A stretch of DNA of 64,000 nt, from the NCBI GenBank assembly GCA_963770895.1, contig CAVYRF010000002.1, positions 5,152,001 to 5,216,000 of the forward strand, in the 5' to 3' direction. Each line of letters starts with the position of its first letter. Position 1 is the stretch's first letter. The DNA is from an uncultured Acidobacteriota bacterium (GTDB taxonomy: Bacteria > Acidobacteriota > Thermoanaerobaculia > Multivoradales > UBA5704). Shown here piece by piece: positions 1-9,027 of this stretch. The notes beneath the pieces were generated by a model that was not told where the DNA came from, ran no database searches, and saw nothing but the letters and a program-made list of their open reading frames with translations. The position numbers and the translations under genes were made by a program.

Positions 1-3000
1 GCGACGATCTCGATGCCGGTCTCGAGCACGTCGTCGTCGTCGAGCAGGCGCATCTCCGCTTCGCCGCCGCGGAACAGCCGCGCGAAGACCTCGCCGAAGG
101 ATTTGTTGACCTCTTCAAAGGTGGCGCGGAAGCGTTCGCTGGAGGTTTCGTTGATCTCGCGGATGGTGCGGCGCAGGCTTTCCACCGACTGTGCGACGTC
201 GGTGCGCTGGGTGGTCAGGAACTGGTGGCGCTGCTCCTGCTCGTCGTGCTCCTGCACCGCCAGGACGTTGACCGGTCCCAACCGTTCGAGCGCCGCCTTG
301 CAGCGCGCCAGCTCGCCTTCCAGCTCGGTGAGCTCGGCGGCGTCGATCGGCGACTCCGGTGGGGGAGGCATCGCCGGCGCGGCGGCGGGCGGCGGCGCGG
401 CGGGAATCACCAGGAAGGCCGCGGCGGTGTCGGCTTCGGCGCCTGCGATGGCGTCGGCGGCGTCCGTACTGTCCGTGCCGTCGATGGCGGTGACGCGGCC
501 GGCGCCGTCTGTGCTGCCGGCGTCGTCGGCGTCGTCGCCATCGGCGCCGGGGTGCTGGGCCGCCGGGGCGGCGGCGAAGTGCTCGCGCCAGGTCGCCGCC
601 AGGTGCTCGACGTCCTGGCGCAGGCCGGCGTCGGCGACGCGCAGCTCTTCGATCTGGGCGCGCATGTCGTCGCGGCGGGTGCGGTGGCCGGCGATCCGTT
701 CGTCCAGGTCGCGCACCTCCTGGCGGTGGGCGTCCAGCCCCTCCTGCTCGTCGAGCACCTCCTGCTGCGCCGCGTCACGCCGCTCCAGCGCCTGTTGCAG
801 GTCGGTTTCGGCGGTGGCCAGCGCCGCTTCCAGCTCGCCGCGCCGTGCCGCCAGGCGCTCGGCTTCCTGGCGCCAGGCGGTCACCTGGTGGCGGCCGCGG
901 GCGACTTCCGCGGCCAGCCGCGCCACGTCGCGGTCGTGCGATTCCAGGCGTTCGTCCAGCAGCTCCAGGCGGCTGCGGCGGCCGGCGCTGGCGGTGCGCA
1001 GCGCTTCGCGCGCGCCGCGCGCCGCCTCCAGGTCCTGGCCGGCGCGGTCCATGCTCTGTGCGACGTCGCCGTGGCGCCGCTCGACGTCTGCCGCCTCCTG
1101 CTGCAGCTGGCCGCGCCGCTCGGCGATGCGCTCGATCTCGCGGCGGGTCTCCTCCCGTTCGCTGCCCAGCGTTGCGCTCTCGACGCCCAGGCGGCGGTGG
1201 CGCGCGGCGAGGTCTTCTTCGCGCGCGCGGCCCACGGCCAGCTCCTGGCGCAGCTGCGCGGTTTCGTTTTGCAGCCGGTTGGCGTTCTTGGCCAGGTCGG
1301 CGCGTTCCGCGACCAGGCGGTCGAGCTCGGACGCGGCCTGGTCGCGCCCGGCTTCGAGCTGGGCGATCGACTGTTGCAGGGCGGCCAGCTCGCTCTCCCG
1401 TTCGAGCGCTCCGGGGTTGACCGTTTCGCCTTCCACGTGGAAGGTGCCGGCCTGCACCCAGACGCCCTCGCGCGACAGGAAGGCGACGCCGGCGTGGCGC
1501 CGCGCCAGGCGCTCGGCGTCGGCGGCCGAGCGCACCAGGTAGGCCGGCGGCAGCGCCGCGGCGAGCGCCGGCGTCAGGCTGAGCGCCTGACCCAGCGACA
1601 GCACGACCGCCGGATCGTCGACCACCGGCTGGTCCGCGGCGTCGACGGTGGCGCCGGTGTCGGCATCGGCGGCAGTGGCTGTCGCTGCGGGTGCCGGGGC
1701 GGCGATCAGGATGGCGCGCGAACGGCCGGCCAGGGCGGCGGCGAGCTGGCGCGCGCTGGTCCCCGGCGGCAGCAGCACGGCGTCGGCGAGCCCGCCCAGG
1801 TAGACGTCCAGGCTGCGCTCCCAGCCGAGCGCGGCGCGCGCCTGCTCGGCCAGGAAGCGCGGTTCGCCCAGGCCGGCGTCGGCGAGCGCCGCCAGCAGGG
1901 CGCGGCGGCGCTCGCCGTGGGCGCGCGCCAGGTCGGCCAGCAGGCGCTGGCGGTTGCGGGCGCCGGCGATGTCGGTTTCCAGGCCGCGCTTGCGCTCGGC
2001 GGCTTCGGCTTCGCGCCGCATCGTCGCATCGAGCAGCGCCGCGACCCGCTGCTGCTCCTCGCCGCGCGCCGCCAGGTTGGCGGTCAGGGTGGCGGTGCGT
2101 TCGCGCGCGATCGCCAGCGCTTCGGCGGCCTGGCCCAGCTCGTGGCCGCGGCGCGCCAGCTCTTCCTCCAGGTGGTGCTGGCGGAAGTTGCCGCGCTCCA
2201 GCTCGATCTGCGACTGCTGCAGGCGCTGGCGCAGGCCGGCCAGCACGGCGGCGACCTGGAGGGCTTCGGCGCGCAGCGTTTCGACGCGCGCCGCGGCCTG
2301 CTTCCAGTCGCGCTCGGCGTCGGCGATCTGGTGCTCGTCGGCATCCACCGCCGCTGCTGCCCGCGTCCGCTCCTCGACCAGCTCGCCGCGCTTTTCTTCG
2401 AGCGCCGCCAGGCTGGCCGCCTGGGTCGCGGTTTCCTGTTCGCGGCGCTCGGCGAGGCCGCGGTCCTGGGTCGCCCGCTCGCCCAGCTCGGCCACTGTCT
2501 GGCGGTTTGCCTTGATGAACTCCTGCCGCCCCTGGATGGTCGCCGCCAGGTCGGCGACGCGCTGGTGGCGCTCGGCGACCCGGCTGGCCAGCGCGTCCAG
2601 GCGCTCGCGGCCGGCGGCGAGCGCGGCTTCGTCGCGGTGCAGCTCGGCGGCGACGGCGGCCTCGCGGTTGGTCGCCTCGGCCAGGCGCTGGCGCAGCTCG
2701 GCCAGCTGCGTGGTCTGCAGGTGGTGGCGGCCGGCCAGGACGCGCGCCAGCAGCTCGCGGTACTCGACTTCCTTTTCCTGGTAGCGGCGGGCGGCCCCTG
2801 CCTGGCGCTTGAGCGAGCGCACCGCCCGCTCCACCTCGGACACGATGTCGTCGAGGCGCAGCAGGTTGGCGGTCGCCTCCTGCAACTTCACCTCGGCGAC
2901 GCCCTTGCGCGACTTGTAGCGGGTGATGCCGGCCGCTTCCTCCAGCAGCTTGCGGCGCTCCTGCGGCTTGCCCGACAGGATCATGCCGATCTTGCCCTGT

Positions 3001-3428
3001 TCGATCACCGAGTAGGCGCGGATGCCCAGGCCGGTGTCCATCAGCAGATCCTTGATCTCCTTGAGGCGCACCACCTTGCCGTTCAACCGGTACTGGCTTT
3101 CGCCGCCGCGGAAGACGCGCCGGCCCAGCGTGACGCGGCCGTCCTCGGCGTGCGGCAGCGAGGTGTCGGTGCGCAGCGTCAGGATCACTTCCGCCATGCC
3201 CAGCGGCTTGCGGCTTTCGGCGCCGTTGAAGATGACGTCTTCCATGGTGCCGCCGCGCAGCGACTTGGCGCTCTGCTCGCCGAGCACCCAGGTCATGGCT
3301 TCCGACAGGTTGCTCTTGCCGCAGCCGTTGGGTCCGACGATGGCGGTGACGCCTCCGGCCAGCTCGACGGTGACCGGATCGACAAACGACTTGAAGCCGG
3401 AAATGTCCAGGGACTCGACTTTCAGCAT
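1..3428 (-). CDS. smc: Chromosome segregation protein SMC (3' end runs off the left edge)
   Basis: Manual translation from ATG at 3428 gives MLKVESLDISGFKSFVD...IVGPNGCGKSN (Walker A)...VLGEQSAKSLRG..MEDVIFNG...YSVIEQG...EEAAGITRY, long coiled coils, LGPVN and LFRGGEAEM..DDDDVLETGIEIVA. Absent from the ORF track because there is no stop inside the window. Confidence 0.96.
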   Translation of the reverse strand, partial: MLKVESLDISGFKSFVDPVTVELAGGVTAIVGPNGCGKSNLSEAMTWVLGEQSAKSLRGGTMEDVIFNGAESRKPLGMAEVILTLRTDTSLPHAEDGRVTLGRRVFRGGESQYRLNGKVVRLKEIKDLLMDTGLGIRAYSVIEQGKIGMILSGKPQERRKLLEEAAGITRYKSRKGVAEVKLQEATANLLRLDDIVSEVERAVRSLKRQAGAARRYQEKEVEYRELLARVLAGRHHLQTTQLAELRQRLAEATNREAAVAAELHRDEAALAAGRERLDALASRVAERHQRVADLAATIQGRQEFIKANRQTVAELGERATQDRGLAERREQETATQAASLAALEEKRGELVEERTRAAAAVDADEHQIADAERDWKQAAARVETLRAEALQVAAVLAGLRQRLQQSQIELERGNFRQHHLEEELARRGHELGQAAEALAIARERTATLTANLAARGEEQQRVAALLDATMRREAEAAERKRGLETDIAGARNRQRLLADLARAHGERRRALLAALADAGLGEPRFLAEQARAALGWERSLDVYLGGLADAVLLPPGTSARQLAAALAGRSRAILIAAPAPAATATAADADTGATVDAADQPVVDDPAVVLSLGQALSLTPALAAALPPAYLVRSAADAERLARRHAGVAFLSREGVWVQAGTFHVEGETVNPGALERESELAALQQSIAQLEAGRDQAASELDRLVAERADLAKNANRLQNETAQLRQELAVGRAREEDLAARHRRLGVESATLGSEREETRREIERIAERRGQLQQEAADVERRHGDVAQSMDRAGQDLEAARGAREALRTASAGRRSRLELLDERLESHDRDVARLAAEVARGRHQVTAWRQEAERLAARRGELEAALATAETDLQQALERRDAAQQEVLDEQEGLDAHRQEVRDLDERIAGHRTRRDDMRAQIEELRVADAGLRQDVEHLAATWREHFAAAPAAQHPGADGDDADDAGSTDGAGRVTAIDGTDSTDAADAIAGAEADTAAAFLVIPAAPPPAAAPAMPPPPESPIDAAELTELEGELARCKAALERLGPVNVLAVQEHDEQEQRHQFLTTQRTDVAQSVESLRRTIREINETSSERFRATFEEVNKSFGEVFARLFRGGEAEMRLLDDDDVLETGIEIV

Positions 3429-3541
3429 ATACCTCGTTCCAAGGTACGGACCCGCGTCATCTGGGAGCCGGGGGAAGCCGGACCGGCGCCGCCGCACAGC
3501 ACCGCGCCACCGCAACCCCTGGGGGCCTGACAAGAATCAGA

Positions 3542-3557
3542 CTACCAGATTTGGTGC
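3542..3557 (-). promoter_or_regulatory. Candidate NrdR-box-like operator upstream of smc
   Basis: Minus strand GCACCAAATCTGGTAG matches the conserved positions of the NrdR consensus acaCwAtATaTwGtg. Only one copy seen. Confidence 0.25.
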
Positions 3558-3616
3558 ACAGGGGACAGACGGCAACAAGGCGGTGGAGCGCCGGCGCCGG
3601 TGGCCAGCCGGAAAGA

Positions 3617-3632
3617 CGTTTCCGCGGAAACG
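3617..3632. repeat. 16-bp perfect palindrome CGTTTCCGCGGAAACG, second copy inside the DUF222-HNH gene
   Basis: Same palindrome at 4437-4452 (20 bp perfect at 4435-4454). Both copies are preceded by GGCCAGCCG, 5 nt and an A. Confidence 0.85.
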
Positions 3633-3908
3633 CGACGGCGCCGGCAACCCCGGACAAACCGCCCGCTCCAGCCAATCAGCCGCGGTGGCCAAGCTCACAA
3701 TACGGCGCTCCTGAAGCGATGCTGCGGCGTCGTCGTTCCCCTTCCGCCCGCCCGCCGCCGTGAATGAGAGTCAGCGTGGGATCAATCCTCGCGCCCCTTC
3801 CTTCCCCGGACCGGGGAGCCGCGCCTGCGGGCTGCTGCTGGTCCAGCCCCTTGCCGGTGCTGCGCTCCCCGGCTGGGAGTCGCGCTGGGCAGGTGGCTGC
3901 CGGGTCTG

Positions 3909-5459
3909 TCAGCTGGAGATGGACACTTGGGACCTCGCGTCGAGGAAGAGCAGCCAGTCGATGGCCCAGGCGTAGTCGACCGGGTAGCCCCACCAGTCGG
4001 GCAACGTCGCACTGGCATCTACGGCCACGTCGTGGCGCGCGAGGTGTGCGGTCAGGGCCGCCACAGGCTCGTCTGTTGTCTCTGGCAGCGCCGGCGCCTG
4101 CGGGAGGAGCCTGCTGTCGGGGCGATCGAAGCGCGCTGTGCCGTCGGGCGCCAAGCGCAGCGAAAATCCCTCTTCGTGCACCGCGCGATGGTGGCGGCGG
4201 CAGAGCAGCACGGTGTTGGCGAGGCTGGTGGCGCCGCCATCGGCCCAGGCCTGCACGTGGTGGGCGTCGCACACCCGCCGACCGCAGCCCGGAAAGCGAC
4301 AGCCGCCGTCGCGATTCTGCAGGGCGCGGCGCAGGGCGGGGGAGATGGCGCGGGTGCGGCGTCCGACGTCCAGCACGGTGCCATCTGCGGCATGCCGCAT
4401 CACCACCCGCGCCGAGTCGCAGGCCAGCCGCCGGCACGTTTCCGCGGAAACGTGGGTGCCGTCCGCCAGCCAGGACTCACCGGCGCCGCCGGCCGGCAGC
4501 GCGTCTGCATCGACGTGCACCACCACCTGGTAGCGGTCGCCGCGGCTGCCGGGGTCGAGCCCCGCGGCCAGGGCGCTTTCGGCGATCAGGCCCAGGGCAT
4601 CGGCGCGGCGCTGCTCCAGGGAAGTATCGTCCGTCGCCTCTCCGGCGCCGCACACCTGGCCGGTATGTGGGCCGTGGAGCGCCGCGCCGCTGGCCTGCTC
4701 GCCAGTGGACGCTGGGCTGGTGCGGAGCTGGTGGGGTGCCTCGGCACCGGCGCGCGCGGTGCCGGCCGGCGGGCTGGTGCGTGGAGTGTGGAGCGTCTCG
4801 GCGTCGGCCCGCGCGGCGCCGGAGGGCAGAATGGTGCGTGGCCCGTAGAGCTTTTCGACGCCGGCGTCCAGGGCGCGGAGCAGCGCCGCTCCTGCTTCCG
4901 GCGGCAGGCGTCCCGCCACCACCACCATGCCGTCTTCGTCGGTGTAGGCGCGCAGGTAGCGCCCGGCATGGCGGCGGCGCTCGTCTTCGCCTGCGGCCAG
5001 GCGGTCGACGCGCCGCATGCCGCGAACCAGCCGTTCGACGTGAGCGGCGGTTCCCGCGCGCCCGAAGGTCAACAGGTAGTCTTCGTTGGAAGGCGTGGCG
5101 ATGCGGGTCAGGGCGCGCACCTTGGAGTAGGAAAGCTCACCGCGGCGCATCGCCGCCGCCAGCTGTGGCAGGGCACCCAGCGCGCGCGCCACGCGCAGTT
5201 TTTCGCGCGCCGCTCCGACGTCGAGCCCGACGCGCCAGCACAGCCAGTGGGCGCAGGATAGAAAGCCGGTGTTCCAGCCGCCCTGCTCGTCGAATTCGCG
5301 CAGCATGACCAGGAGCTCATAGGTGGCGGCCGAGATCTGCGCCGACAGATGGGCGATGCGCTCGCCGAGCTGCTCGAGCCGTGCACGTTGTTGCGCACCC
5401 GCCACCGGCCGGTCGAGCGCTATCGAAACCATTTGATCTTCTTCACTGACGGCGGTCAT
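3909..5459 (-). CDS. DUF222 (13E12-repeat-like) domain protein with C-terminal HNH endonuclease
   Basis: GW...GF.SCAHWL.WR, LSYSKVRALTR, HVSAETCRRLACD, LDVGRRTR, RDGGCRFPGC...DAHHV..W.DGG.T.L.N..LLCRRHHRAVHE. Alternative start at ATG 5432. Confidence 0.9.
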   Translation of the reverse strand: MTAVSEEDQMVSIALDRPVAGAQQRARLEQLGERIAHLSAQISAATYELLVMLREFDEQGGWNTGFLSCAHWLCWRVGLDVGAAREKLRVARALGALPQLAAAMRRGELSYSKVRALTRIATPSNEDYLLTFGRAGTAAHVERLVRGMRRVDRLAAGEDERRRHAGRYLRAYTDEDGMVVVAGRLPPEAGAALLRALDAGVEKLYGPRTILPSGAARADAETLHTPRTSPPAGTARAGAEAPHQLRTSPASTGEQASGAALHGPHTGQVCGAGEATDDTSLEQRRADALGLIAESALAAGLDPGSRGDRYQVVVHVDADALPAGGAGESWLADGTHVSAETCRRLACDSARVVMRHAADGTVLDVGRRTRAISPALRRALQNRDGGCRFPGCGRRVCDAHHVQAWADGGATSLANTVLLCRRHHRAVHEEGFSLRLAPDGTARFDRPDSRLLPQAPALPETTDEPVAALTAHLARHDVAVDASATLPDWWGYPVDYAWAIDWLLFLDARSQVSISS

Positions 5460-6017
5460 TGTTCTCTCCCTCTGCCTCGCCAGCGATTGTAAACCCGTGT
5501 TTTTTCAGGTCGCAGGAGGCCGCGGACGGGCCGATCCGAGGCCGTCGAAGGGATGCGGGAGGCCGGCCGCCAGAAACCGTCTTTGCTTACCATTTGCGCG
5601 CCAATCGATGCCATTCCAGCGCGGACTTGAGAAAACGGGCGCAAGGTCTCGAAAAAGCTTGTCAAGGGGGAGCGGACCGAAAAACAGAAGATTCCTCCGC
5701 TGGTGATGACCAGGGACGGGAGCGCCACCGTATGTGCGCTGGCGCTGCCGGCGGAGTTCGAGAAGGTGGAGGCGATTTGGAAGCGGCTGTCTCCCGGCTA
5801 GACGTCGATGCGGAGGATGGTCGCGTTGGGGATGCAGCCGGTGGCGATGAAGATGGACGCGGACGCGTCGAGGCCACGTGCGATCGCGAGGTGGAGGCGT
5901 CCGCCGTCATCGCCACAGCGCGTGGGGGGCCAAGGGGGCCCCGACGATTTGGCTACGCTGTAGCCTGTACGCGCGAGGTGCGCCGGGGTGCGGAGTGGGA
6001 GAGTCTTGTGGCGCTGG

Positions 6018-6662
6018 TCAGGTGCGGGAGCGGCCCGGCGTGGTCGCTGGATCGCTGGGGGCGGCGAAGGCTGCGGATAGTTGCGGCAGGTAGAAGGCGC
6101 ACCAGAGGAGCAGCGGCAGGGCCAGCTTGAGGGGCAGGTCCAGGAGGTGCCTGCCGAGGGCGTAGAAGTTGCGCGCGAAGGGGCCGTAGTTGGCGGCGCT
6201 CCAGGCGCCGAGGTGGGTGGCGTAGGTGGCCTTGACGATGAAGATGACCAGCACGATGTCGTAGGCGACGGTGGCCATGACCGCGATGCCCAGGTTGGTC
6301 AGCTTTTGCTGCCAGGGGACGCCCGGCACGGCCAGGAACAGGGCGCCGAGCAGCATGAGGTGGAAGTGCACGTCGGTGGCGTGGAAGGGGTAGACCAGGG
6401 CGCGCGCCGGCGGGAAGTCGCGCCGGACGACGTAGGCGTCGTCGTTGCCCTTGGGCAGCAGGTCGGTCACCGGCGGGCGCTCGAACAGGCGCAGGATGGA
6501 TCCGGCGCTGCGCAGCAACACGCGGTTGTAGATCGGCGTCGCCAGCACCCAGGCGAGCGCCACCGGCAGCAGCCACAGCAGGGTGTTGCGGATCAGCCGG
6601 CTGGCCCAGGCCCGCGCCGGCGCGGCGGCGGGGCGGGCGCCGGCGTCAGAGGACCGGCTCAT
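6018..6662 (-). CDS. Putative exosortase H-associated membrane protein
   Basis: 214 aa with about 4 hydrophobic segments, overlapping the 3' end of the exosortase gene. Confidence 0.6.
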   Translation of the reverse strand: MSRSSDAGARPAAAPARAWASRLIRNTLLWLLPVALAWVLATPIYNRVLLRSAGSILRLFERPPVTDLLPKGNDDAYVVRRDFPPARALVYPFHATDVHFHLMLLGALFLAVPGVPWQQKLTNLGIAVMATVAYDIVLVIFIVKATYATHLGAWSAANYGPFARNFYALGRHLLDLPLKLALPLLLWCAFYLPQLSAAFAAPSDPATTPGRSRT

Positions 6663-7275
6663 CCTGCGCCGGGGCCGGCAGGCGGTTGGCCCATACGACC
6701 CATAACAGCACGCCGCACAGGATCACGACGCTCTGCCAGATCACCGTATGGAAGGACGCGAAGACGCTGGGGTAGTAGACGCCGATCAGGTAGAGGCTGA
6801 CCACCCGCACCAGGTTGACCACCTGGATCGCCGCGATGCCGAGCGCCAGGCCCCCCAGCCGCCAGCGCCAGGGCGCCGGAAAGGCGAGCACCGCCGCCAG
6901 GAAGATGAGCATCGCTTCGACGCCGTTGCAGCCGTTGCGGATGTTGACCGCGAAGCGCCCCTGGATGATGGTGCCGTGCATGGTGACGCGCTGGCCCATC
7001 AGGTTGAGCACGGCGCCGCTCAGCTGCGCCACGCCGCCGGTGAACGGTTCGACCACGTGATCGTTCACCCAGTTGACCGAGATCAGCGTGAAGCCGCCGG
7101 CGAGCAGCACCACGAACAGGACCAGAAAGGTGATCTCTCGCCGGTAGCGCGGCCAGAACGGCTGCTCGGGCGGTGACTGCGTGCCCGCCCCGCCGCCGCT
7201 GGGCCGCGCGGACGAAGCGCCGGCCGCGCCGCCGCCCGACCGCGGAGAATGAGGCTTGCTGCGGTTGCGTGCCAT
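6646..7275 (-). CDS. xrtH: Exosortase H-type membrane transpeptidase
   Basis: Multi-TM protein with the exosortase Cys/Arg/His residues in context: I.NGCNGVEA, QVVNLVRVVSL, FHTVIWQ. Confidence 0.8.
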   Translation of the reverse strand: MARNRSKPHSPRSGGGAAGASSARPSGGGAGTQSPPEQPFWPRYRREITFLVLFVVLLAGGFTLISVNWVNDHVVEPFTGGVAQLSGAVLNLMGQRVTMHGTIIQGRFAVNIRNGCNGVEAMLIFLAAVLAFPAPWRWRLGGLALGIAAIQVVNLVRVVSLYLIGVYYPSVFASFHTVIWQSVVILCGVLLWVVWANRLPAPAQDEPVL

Positions 7276-7284
7276 AGGATGGCC

Positions 7285-9027
7285 TCATCTTACGGACCGC
7301 GGCGCGGCCTGTCCAGCCGCAGGGGCCGCTTGCGTCGCGGCTGTCGCGGCTGCCGCCGGCGTGGCGGTCGGCGGGGGTGCGGTCGCGGTCGGAGGCGCAG
7401 TCGGCGCAGGTGCGGTCGCGGTCGGCGGCGAAGTCGGCGCGGTCGCGGTCGGAGGCGAAGTCGGCGCAGGCGCGGTCACGGTCGGCGGCGAAGTCGGCGC
7501 AGGCGCGGTCACGGCCGGCGGCGCAGTCGGCGCGGTCGCGGTCACGGTCGGCGGCGAAGTCGGCGCGGTAGCGGTCGGAGGCGCAGTCGGCGCAGGCGCG
7601 GGCTTCTTCGCGGGCGCGTGCGCGGGCTCCTTCGCAGGCGCGGTCGCCGTTGGCGCGGCGGCGGACTCTTCCCCGATCAGCTGGTCGTAGGCGGCGCCCA
7701 GCGCGGCGGTGAAGGCGGCGGCGGAAAAGCGCTGCTCGAAGGTGGCGCGGGCGCGGGCGCCCAGCTGCCGGCGGAGCGCGGGGTCGGCGAGCAGCCGGCC
7801 GAGGGCGCCGGCGAGCGCGGCGACGTCGCCGGGCGGGACGAGCAGCGCGTTGTCGCCGTCGGTCAGGTCTTCGGGCAGGCCGTCGCAGCGCGACGAGACG
7901 ATCGCGCAGCCGGCCTGCAGCGCTTCCAGCACCGCGAGCGAGCCGCTGCCTTCCTGAATCGAAGGCAGCACGAAGATCGCCGCGTGCCGCAGGAAAGGGC
8001 GGGGATCGTCGACCCTTCCGGGCAGGGCGACGCGATCGCCCAGGCCCAGCCGCTGCGCCAGCGCCCGGTGCGCCGCGAGCAGCGGCCCCTGGCTCAACAG
8101 GCAGGCGCGGCAGGCGATGCCGCGATCGCGCAGGGCGGCGAGCGCGTGCAGCAGGACGTCGACTCCCTTGCGCGGGTCGTGGCGCGACAGCGAGACGACC
8201 AGCGGCGGCGCGGCCGGCGATGCGAGCGCCGCAAGGTCGGGCGGCAAGTCCGACAGGACAGCCGCCTGAGGCGCCGGCGCCGGTGGGGCGGCGAGCGGTC
8301 CGGCGTCGACGCCGGTCGGCCCCGGTGCCGTCTGCGGCTCCGTCTCCGGCTCCGCCAGGCGGCCCCCCGGCGCGTCGTCGAAGGCGGCCGGGGCCGCGTA
8401 GGGAATCTGGCGGATATCGACGGTCAACCGGTAGTCGGCGAGCAGGCGATCGCGCACCGACTGGTAATTGATCAGCACCAGGCGCTGCGCCTGGTAGCCG
8501 CGGCGTTCGCAAGGCGCGCCCAGCAGCAGCACCATGCCGTACTCGCGCCAGTGGCGCAGGCGCTGGCGCAGGCCGTGGTAGCCCTGCAGGCCGGTCAGCT
8601 TTTCGCGGTACTCGTGCTGCAACGTGGTGTACGCGCTCGCCACCGAGACGGCGCGGCGTCCCCGCCGGGCCAGCGATCGCGCGACGCCCGCGGCCACGTA
8701 GCCCCACACGCCGAAGCCGTGCAGCAGCACCGGCCCCGGACGGTCGCCCAGATGGCGCCGGATCGCGGCGGCGACAAAGGGGCGGTGGGCGCCGACCATG
8801 AAGCCGCGGAACGGCCGCACCGGCGACGCGACCCGATGCACGGTGGCGAAGTCGGTCTGCCACCGGGCGGCGTGGTCGCCGGCGCAGAAGACGTGCGGCG
8901 CAAATCCCGCCGCGCTCGCCGCCATGGCGTGGGCCAGGACGTAGCTTTCGTGGCCGCCGACCTTGGCAAAGGGGTCGATGCCGGACACCAGGACCAGCTG
9001 CACCGCCTTACGCACGGCCGGGCTCAA
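7285..9027 (-). CDS. Glycosyltransferase family 4 (GT-B) with Pro/Thr/Ala-rich C-terminal tail
   Basis: GGHESY, SRHDPRKGVDVLL, FVLPSIQEGSGSLAVLEALQAGCAIV, DGDNALLVPPGD. TTG start at 9027 overlaps the upstream TGA (TTGA). Confidence 0.85.
   Translation of the reverse strand: MSPAVRKAVQLVLVSGIDPFAKVGGHESYVLAHAMAASAAGFAPHVFCAGDHAARWQTDFATVHRVASPVRPFRGFMVGAHRPFVAAAIRRHLGDRPGPVLLHGFGVWGYVAAGVARSLARRGRRAVSVASAYTTLQHEYREKLTGLQGYHGLRQRLRHWREYGMVLLLGAPCERRGYQAQRLVLINYQSVRDRLLADYRLTVDIRQIPYAAPAAFDDAPGGRLAEPETEPQTAPGPTGVDAGPLAAPPAPAPQAAVLSDLPPDLAALASPAAPPLVVSLSRHDPRKGVDVLLHALAALRDRGIACRACLLSQGPLLAAHRALAQRLGLGDRVALPGRVDDPRPFLRHAAIFVLPSIQEGSGSLAVLEALQAGCAIVSSRCDGLPEDLTDGDNALLVPPGDVAALAGALGRLLADPALRRQLGARARATFEQRFSAAAFTAALGAAYDQLIGEESAAAPTATAPAKEPAHAPAKKPAPAPTAPPTATAPTSPPTVTATAPTAPPAVTAPAPTSPPTVTAPAPTSPPTATAPTSPPTATAPAPTAPPTATAPPPTATPAAAATAATQAAPAAGQAAPRSVR
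7362..7600 (-). repeat. Imperfect tandem repeat encoding (PTATAPTSP / PTVTAPAPTSP)n
   Basis: Recurring GCGGTCGCGGTCGG(A/C)GGCG(A/C)AGTCGGCGC units in the GT4 3' end. Confidence 0.85.

Noticed and set aside
13-3530. Long plus-strand ORFs (509 aa, 1101 aa)
   Set aside because: Antisense shadows of smc, typical of high-GC DNA; no motifs.
3909-5459. DUF222-HNH gene as a classical IS element
   Set aside because: No DDE/HUH transposase motifs, terminal inverted repeats or target duplication could be identified.
5459-6017. ORFs in the gap upstream of the HNH gene
   Set aside because: Atypical codon usage and no recognisable motifs or SD; treated as intergenic or degenerate.
7362-7600. Possible CRISPR array
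   Set aside because: Repeats are contiguous, in frame and lack unique spacers; no cas genes.
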